Positions 35,610 through 42,156 of a stretch of DNA of 42,156 bases are shown piece after piece. A program made the position numbers and the translations under genes. The stretch is from contig JASVEC010000145.1 in the NCBI GenBank assembly GCA_030770535.1, forward strand, positions 1-42,156, in the 5' to 3' direction. Each line of letters starts with the position of its first letter. Position 1 is the first letter of the stretch. Under the pieces are notes generated by a model. The model saw only the letters and a list, made by a program, of their open reading frames with translations, was not told the origin of the DNA and searched no databases. The stretch is from Batkoa obscura (lineage: Eukaryota).

Positions 35610-37179
35610 ATGAATTTAATTGGAAAAAGTAACAACGAATTGCTATTTATCAATTTTAATCAAGACTTTAGGTAATTTTATCTTTACTATTATAAGCTAA
35701 TAAACCCTTTTGAGAAATACTAAACTATTCATTATTAAAGTTGTATTGCGGTTGGTAATAAAACAGGATATAAAATTTATAATTGTGATCCGTTTGGTAA
35801 ATGTCACAGTAAAAGTAAACAATTAACAAGTAGTAATAAAATAGTATTGAGTTAATTTATTTTAAAAGGTGAAGGGGGTATTGGAATCGTAGAAATGTTA
35901 TTTAATACCTCATTAGTTGCTTTAGTTGGCGCTGGGGATAAACCCGCCTTTTCGCCAAGAAAGTTACAGATCAACAATACAAAAGTAAGATCAAGTTTAA
36001 ATTCATATCATTTTACTTATAAGATTATGTAGAGAGAATCGACAATATGCGAATTGACTTTTCCAAATTCCATACTGTCAGTAAAATTAAACAGAAAAAG
36101 GATGATTGTTGTACTAAAAGAACAAATTTATTGTTATGACATTTCTAATATGAAATTATTACATATTATTGAAACGGGTAAAAATTCAAAGGGTAATTTT
36201 ATTTATTTATTTTCACTATCTTTATAATTGATTATACCATTAGCAATTTGTGCTTTATCACCTTCAAACGAAAATGGTTATCTTGCTTATCCTGCCCCCA
36301 CCCCATCTGAGGATTCTCCTTTTTCAAATCAATCAGGCAATAGCAATACCAATGGCACTTCAACTGGAGACATAATCATATTTGATACTTTATCGTTAAG
36401 TGTAGTTAATATTATTCATGCTCATAAATCAAGTATAAGTTATATGTGTATTAATCCGGAAGGTACAATGTTAGCTACTGCCTCGGACAAAGTAAGTATA
36501 TAACTTGGATCAAGCGTTTATTTATCTTTATATTTATTAGGGTACAGTAATAAGAGTATTTTCGTTACCTTCAGGACAAAAATTGTTTCAATTCCGACGT
36601 GGTTCTTATAATGCTAGAATTTACTCAATTTCTTTTAATATGGTTAGTTCTTTATTATGTGTATCAAGTGATACTGATACTGTACACATCTTTCGTCTTT
36701 CAAACACAAGTAAATCAAATAATGGAACTTCTATTCAAGAAAGTGAATCAGGATCAAACCCATTAAATAGAAGAACATCTTTTCATAGTATGGTAGGAAA
36801 GAGATTAGCTAATTCAATGGGTAATTATTTACCCGAAGCATTTACTGAAATTTGGGAGCCATCAAGAGATTTTGCTTTCTTAAAATTACCAAATGTTGGT
36901 GTACATAGTATTGTAGCTCTTTCAAGGTAAAATATAGCAGCAGAATAACATAATAATATAATCATTTACTTTTTATTTTAGTACGACGCCACAAGTAATG
37001 GTAATTACTTCAGAAGGCTATCTTTATCAATATAATATTGATTTAGAAAATGGAGGTGAGTGTGTTTTATTAAAACAATATAGGTAATTATTATTTATTC
37101 AATATTATTATTTAATAACATATTTTATAGTTTACTTGAATCAAGTGACACCTTAGCTAATGGCTTACTTATAAACTGA
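35610..37179 (+). CDS. ATG18: Autophagy-related protein 18 (PROPPIN/WIPI WD40 beta-propeller), 8 exons
   Basis: Exons 35610-35671, 35741-35814, 35869-35984, 36033-36192, 36244-36491, 36541-36926, 36982-37083 and 37131-37179 join in frame via GT-AG introns: [53 protein letters not shown] lipid-binding motif, [10 protein letters not shown]. Confidence 0.96.
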
Positions 37180-37240
37180 TATAAATTATATTTTTATTTA
37201 ATTATATATTATATTATAATATTTTGATTTGTTTTTATTA

Positions 37241-38216
37241 TTAAATTAAATCATCCAAATCATTTGGAATGTTAAACAAATTATCAAAGTCTTCTTCTTT
37301 TAGACCAAAACAGTCATTACAATGCTTTTTAATAGCAATTATATTATCTAAATAATTAAATTATTTCATTATTAAAAATCACAATATTTACCAATCCAAA
37401 AGATAATCCCTAATTTTAATTTTTGAATACTTTCCACTATTAAAATGATTATTATCATTTTAAATCTGATTTACTGCAACTTACTTTTACTTTTAACTAT
37501 TTCTGGATCATTGCTCTTAATTTGATTAAATTCAATTGTTAAATTATTAACAACTATTTTTAATTTTTCTTTTTGTTGCATTTTATCAACATAATCTCTC
37601 TATTGTAAAAGCAAATACTACATAATTTTTAAATAAATTAACCTTACACTTTTTAACCATGCTTTATGTTGCTCAACTTTACTGTTGAAATTGGAATTCA
37701 TTTCTTGAATACTTTGAATTTTATTTTCAATTGCTTCATTCTCTTCTTTTTTCTAAAATAAATTTATTATTGGGGATGTATTTTTTTGTTCAAGAGTTTT
37801 ACTGGCAGCTTTCCCACTCAAATAGTGCTTAAAAAGTGGAAAAAGTGATGAAATCAAAAAACACGCTCATTATTTTAAAAGTTTAACTTACCTTTTTGAA
37901 AAATTGAGTTGGAAATGCCCAATAGTAGTTGCTTGTGCCTATTTTTTCACATACTATTAATTGATCATTAATAAGTTCATTAACTAAATCTTTAACTAAT
38001 GGAGGACCTAAAAAATAGATATTAAATTATAATATTAATATCATTGTTCTTACTAATGCCTAATTTATTAGCCTTTTTTTCAATCTCTTTAAGTTGAAAA
38101 AATTCGGACTAAAACAAAAAATATCATATAATACTCATAATAATTATAATAAATACCGATGTAAAAATAGATTGTATTTTTTTCAACTTTTCTTTTTTAG
38201 TAATTCCTTTAACCAT
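37241..38216 (-). CDS. MND1: Meiotic nuclear division protein 1 (Hop2-Mnd1 complex), 7 exons
   Basis: Spliced minus-strand translation MVKGITKKEKLKKIQSIF..EFFQLKEIEK..VKDLVNELINDQLIVCEKIGTSNYYWAFP..coiled coil..NDPE..FWIDNIIAIKKHC..FNIPNDLDDLI; not in the ORF track because exons are short. Confidence 0.92.
37772..37868 (+). mobile_element. MITE in MND1 intron 3 (antisense to the gene)
   Basis: GGGGATGT...CACGCTC inside the 37753-37891 intron; flanked by ATTATT on both sides. Confidence 0.88.
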
Positions 38217-38471
38217 ATATTGTACTGAAAAATACTTTCTCTTTCTCACTTTTACTGTTTCAAATAGTGTTTTAATTAATGCATTTCTTATTTTACAGTA
38301 GATAACAAATGAAAAAATCAGTAAGTTATAAAATGCATTTTTTATTAACCTAATAAATGTTAATATATTTTATAAATTAGTGTTCTTTTCTATCAGTTAA
38401 CAAGTAGTTAAAACAGTTTATATTCTATTTTATTATGCAGTTTATCTATAATATTAGTTGTTATTAAGTAA

Positions 38472-40096
38472 CTATGACTTCTTACGACCAGATCTACGCT
38501 TAGCTTGATTAGGATTTTTACGACCATAGCCAATAGCTGGTAATAAAAACGTATTACTTTGTTTACCAGAGACAATACCAGGTAAATAATCAGGATCAAA
38601 TAAATTAACTTCTTTACGTCTTGAATAATTTTTCATTCCTCTAATGTATTCCTTTTGATCTTCTGCTAAAATCAAATCTTGGCTTTTATGTCCTCCTTTA
38701 AAGGTAGGTATATTATACTATATTGTTTATTTAATTGTTTAATTTACTTATTATATCTTGAATAATTACCTTTGTCCCTCTTAGATTATATTGATAATTC
38801 TTCTTTAAATAATATCTTACATTCCCGTCTTTATCAACTGAACTAGTTACCCTTGTTAATGTATTTCCACCACATTTAGGACAAAATCTTTTTTCCATAT
38901 TTGTTGTAACACTACATTATAATGTGTTAGTAGATGTATTTGAATTTTATTCTATTGATACTTACTGATAACATGCGTGACATCTTAATACAAAACTTTT
39001 AATTTCCTTAACTGATAATCCTTCTAATGAAATAAGCCCTAAATCCATTTGTAATAGTACATTCTACAAGTTTTGAAATAAATAAATAATAGTAGTGATT
39101 AAAAAATCCATTACCTGCATGGCGAAATCTGTAGTAATACACCCAACTTTTCGAGTTTCTTCTTTTTCATTTAAATCTCCCATAAACTCAATTTGCTTTT
39201 TTTTAATATTGCGTGGTGTAATCCAACCTTCTCCATCACTTTCTTCATCACTTTCTTCATCTTAAATTAGGTTATTATTTATTGTATACTTCATTTATAT
39301 TTAATACCTTCTTCTTCATCCTTTGTTTGCTCTTCACTAGTAGTTTCAAATGTAGCTAAATAAAATAAATAAAAATAATAACGATACGAAAATGAAGTTA
39401 CCATCATTTAATTTAGCATCTTCATTGTCAATAGACAAGTCATTTATTTTTTCAGTAATTATATCTAATTTAGCTTCTTCGTTATTTTCTTCCATTTTCT
39501 TTTCTTCTCCTTCTCTTTCTGATGTTACCTCTTTATCTTCCTTCTTTCTTACTTGTGTTTTATCTTCCTCTACTTCATCTTCTTGTTCTATTTCACCTTT
39601 ATCTTCGATATTAACTTCCTTATCTCCTAAAACTTGACCACCAACCGCAACTTTTGCCTATGATTTATTAATATCCAATATTTGTTTCTGGTGAAGAAAA
39701 TAACATACTTTAATAGGCTCTTTTCTAATCTTACTAATATCCCCAATCTCTTTCTCTAGCATATAAGTTAAGGCTAAAACCTTTAAATCTACTGAAGATA
39801 AAGTAGAAAAGTCTCCAGTTTTCTTGGAAAAGGCAATAACTAATAAATAGTTGAATACAGTCGTTTGAACTATAAATACACGACTTACCAGCTTTCATAG
39901 CCTCAGGGGTAGGGATACGCACTTTGATTTCATATGGAAATAAGTTGAGTTGACTTCGACTTTCTTTGTCTCGAATTTCATTCAATACTTCTTGAATAGT
40001 AACAAATTCATCAGCATAGTCTTTAAATCTAATTCCATTTTTGATGATAGCTCCTGCATCGACTACTAACGCTTGTACTTTTTTGGCTGTTTCCAT
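38472..40096 (-). CDS. NOB1: 20S pre-rRNA D-site endonuclease Nob1 (PIN domain, acidic linker, Zn ribbon), multi-exon
   Basis: LVVDAGAII, EVLNEIRD, FSKKTGDFSTLSSVDLKVLALTY, DGEGWITPRNI, CITTDFAMQNVLLQM, LRCHAC, FCPKCGGNTL, NLRGTKYNIP, LILAEDQKEY, GYGRKNPN. Confidence 0.96.
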
Positions 40097-40304
40097 TCCT
40101 TGTTCTATTCTTCAGTAAAAACAATGTATTTAATATAATTGTTAAATTATAAAGTTATAAAATATATAATTAATTTTATTGGCTAATTAGACTGGTTAAA
40201 TTTAATGGTTCTTTTTGAAATTAATGATTTTTTAAACCATTTATTTTAGTTAGTTATTTATAGTCGTTAGATAAAATAATTTTTTAGAACAATTTTCATA
40301 ATAT

Positions 40305-40402
40305 GAGGATGTATTTTTGTGTTTAAGAATTTTACTAACAAATTTTCCACTCAAATAGCGCCTAAAAAACGGAAAAATAATGAAACCAGAAAAAACAACC
40401 CC
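40305..40402 (+). mobile_element. MITE between NOB1 and tRNA-Met
   Basis: GAGGATGT...CAACCCC, TSD ATAT. Confidence 0.92.
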
Positions 40403-40524
40403 ATATCTTTATTATTAGAATCCTTTCAAGATTTAAAAAAAATGCAATAATAAAGGCTTTGGTTTTTTATTAAAAACCAATGGAGCAGGCTAATTTTTAT
40501 AAAAGAGGAACCCACTCACTATAA

Positions 40525-40597
40525 TGCTCCCTGTGGGGATCGAACCCACGACCTTGAGATTATGAGACTCACGCGCTGCCAGCTGCGCCAAAGAAGC
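40525..40597 (-). tRNA. tRNA-Met(CAT), elongator type, intronless
   Basis: GCTTCTTTGGCGCAGCTGGCAGCGCGTGAGTCTCATAATCTCAAGGTCGTGGGTTCGATCCCCACAGGGAGCA folds as a cloverleaf; G1:C72 and a TTCGA T-loop argue against initiator. Confidence 0.95.
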
Positions 40598-40839
40598 TTA
40601 CTTTGGTGTTATACATTTATATATTAAGACTTAGCATATTAATATTTAATTATTTCTGAATATTTAACATTGCGCTTAATTGTTGGACTAAGTTAAAAAG
40701 CCAATTAGAATAATAAATGGATATATTTTAGGCTATTTAATTGCTCTGATATTTAACCAAGTCTTAGTGCAGTATATAACAAAAATTACGTATTGATTAA
40801 CTATTTTTTATTTAAATTAAAAGTAGAAGTAAAATTAAA

Positions 40840-42156
40840 ATGGAAGAGGCTATACAACAATTTCTGATGGTTACAGGAGCCAGCGATAATAATATAGCTA
40901 AGAGTTATTTAGAAATGAGTGATGGCGATTTAAATAATGCTATCACTTTATTTTATGAAGCTAGTCACTTAAATGAAAATAGTAATATTTTGAGTAAATT
41001 TAACATTAGTTGATATATATTTTAATCATAAAATATTTGTAGATAGTAATGAAAACAACAGAAATGATGGTTCTATTGTTGAAGATGAAGCTTTGGCACG
41101 TTCTTTACATCAACGTTGGAATAGTGCAATCGATAATAATAATAATAGCACTAATTCAATAGAAATAATTGAAGATTATTTTCAACAAAATAACGCTGAA
41201 GAGCCAAGTAACCTTGACGAAGAAAGTAGTAATAATGGAACTATAGAATGCGAGGAAAACGAAAGTGATAATGAAGGGATAGATTATGAAGAAAATGAAA
41301 GCGAGAACTCAAATCATAATGAAGTAGAAATAGGTAGAAAGATTAACAACTATAATAAAATATATTAATAAGTAGTAGGAAGCGAAGAAGAAGAAGATAT
41401 TAATGATGAAGAAGAGGAAGATATCAATACAATACGGGAAAATTTAAGAAATCAAAGTCGATTGTTGCGAAATAGAAGAAGAGATAGAATATTTCGAAAT
41501 CGAGTTAATATCCCAATTGAGCATCGAATGAGTATTGAAGAAAGAGAGATTAATGAAATATCAAATTCGGTAGCTTTGAAACTTAATTTAGATGAAGCAA
41601 GGAAAATAGGAAAAAGAAATGATAGATATTTATTATTAAATTTAATACCAAAAGAAGATAACATTGTTAATATGAATAGTAATACCAATATAGTAATAAT
41701 TCATAAAATATACAAGAATGAGCCAATTATGCAGATTATTAAAAATTATTTTGTTTTTGTTGAGTATTATTCAAATACTTCTAATGGTATTAACTATAAG
41801 AATTTTTACCCCATTCGCTCATTTCCTCATTTTGCTGCTATTGATCCTAGAACTGGTAATGAACTGCATAATACCATAATATACACAATATGTTAATGTT
41901 GTTATAGGAGAAAGAATAAAAGTATGGAGCAACCCTGGTGATTTAAACCCACTCAATTTCATAAATGAATTGAAGTTATTTTTAAATCAACATTCATTTA
42001 ATGGGGAAAAATTGTTTCCAGATTTAAATATAACTGTATCTAAAGTAAGTCGTTATTAGATCATTATAAAATACTAATATTTTATTTTATTTAGAACCTT
42101 GATAGAATGAGCGAACAAGAAATGCTTGAAGCTGCAATTAAAGCCTCATTAAATAA
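40840..42156 (+). CDS. UBX5/UBXN7-like Cdc48 adaptor (UBA-like, acidic region, UAS thioredoxin-like, UIM), 3'-truncated by the window
   Basis: MEEAIQQFLMVTGASD..AKSYLEMSDGDLNNAITLFYE (UBA-like); LDEARKIGKRNDRYLLLNL..FYPIRSFPHFAAIDPRTG/ERIKVW (UAS); MSEQEMLEAAIKASL (UIM); frame still open at 42156; UBX domain itself not seen. Confidence 0.8.

Noticed and set aside
38408..38599. Alternative-frame ORF overlapping NOB1 (also antisense ORFs 39392-39637 and 41452-41688)
   Set aside because: Shadow frames of NOB1 and the UBX-like gene; the Ser/Leu-rich one mirrors an acidic Glu/Lys linker.
40525..40597. Initiator tRNA-Met
   Set aside because: Lacks the A1:U72 pair, the A54/A60 T-loop and the three G:C anticodon-stem pairs of eukaryotic initiators.
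42151..42156. Terminal TAA as the stop codon of the UBX-like gene
   Set aside because: Out of frame: the reading is GCC TCA TTA AAT AA, so the CDS continues beyond the window.

Overview
Very AT-rich eukaryotic DNA with short (~45-70 nt) GT-AG introns and fungal-type proteins, most consistent with an early-diverging fungus (inference). Three zones. (1) 1-10630: a free-standing tandem array of 18 apparently identical 5S rRNA genes with a 578-bp period and no 18S/5.8S/28S sequence. (2) 10632-35130: a ~24.5-kb transposon nest dominated by one Sola2-like DDD cut-and-paste family (GRG...CYC termini, 4-bp AT-rich TSDs). It holds one full-length 2544-bp copy (19864-22407, TSD ATAC), several nested, truncated or mosaic copies, and most of the ~30 copies of a ~98-bp MITE built from the two element ends. 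It also holds a 463-bp solo LTR and a decayed Ty3/gypsy pol remnant. No transposase copy is intact. (3) 35610-42156: a compact intron-rich gene block with ATG18 (+), MND1 (-, MITE in intron 3), NOB1 (-), elongator tRNA-Met(CAT) (-) and a UBX5/UBXN7-like gene (+, runs off the window). All calls are by eye from sequence; no searches were run.
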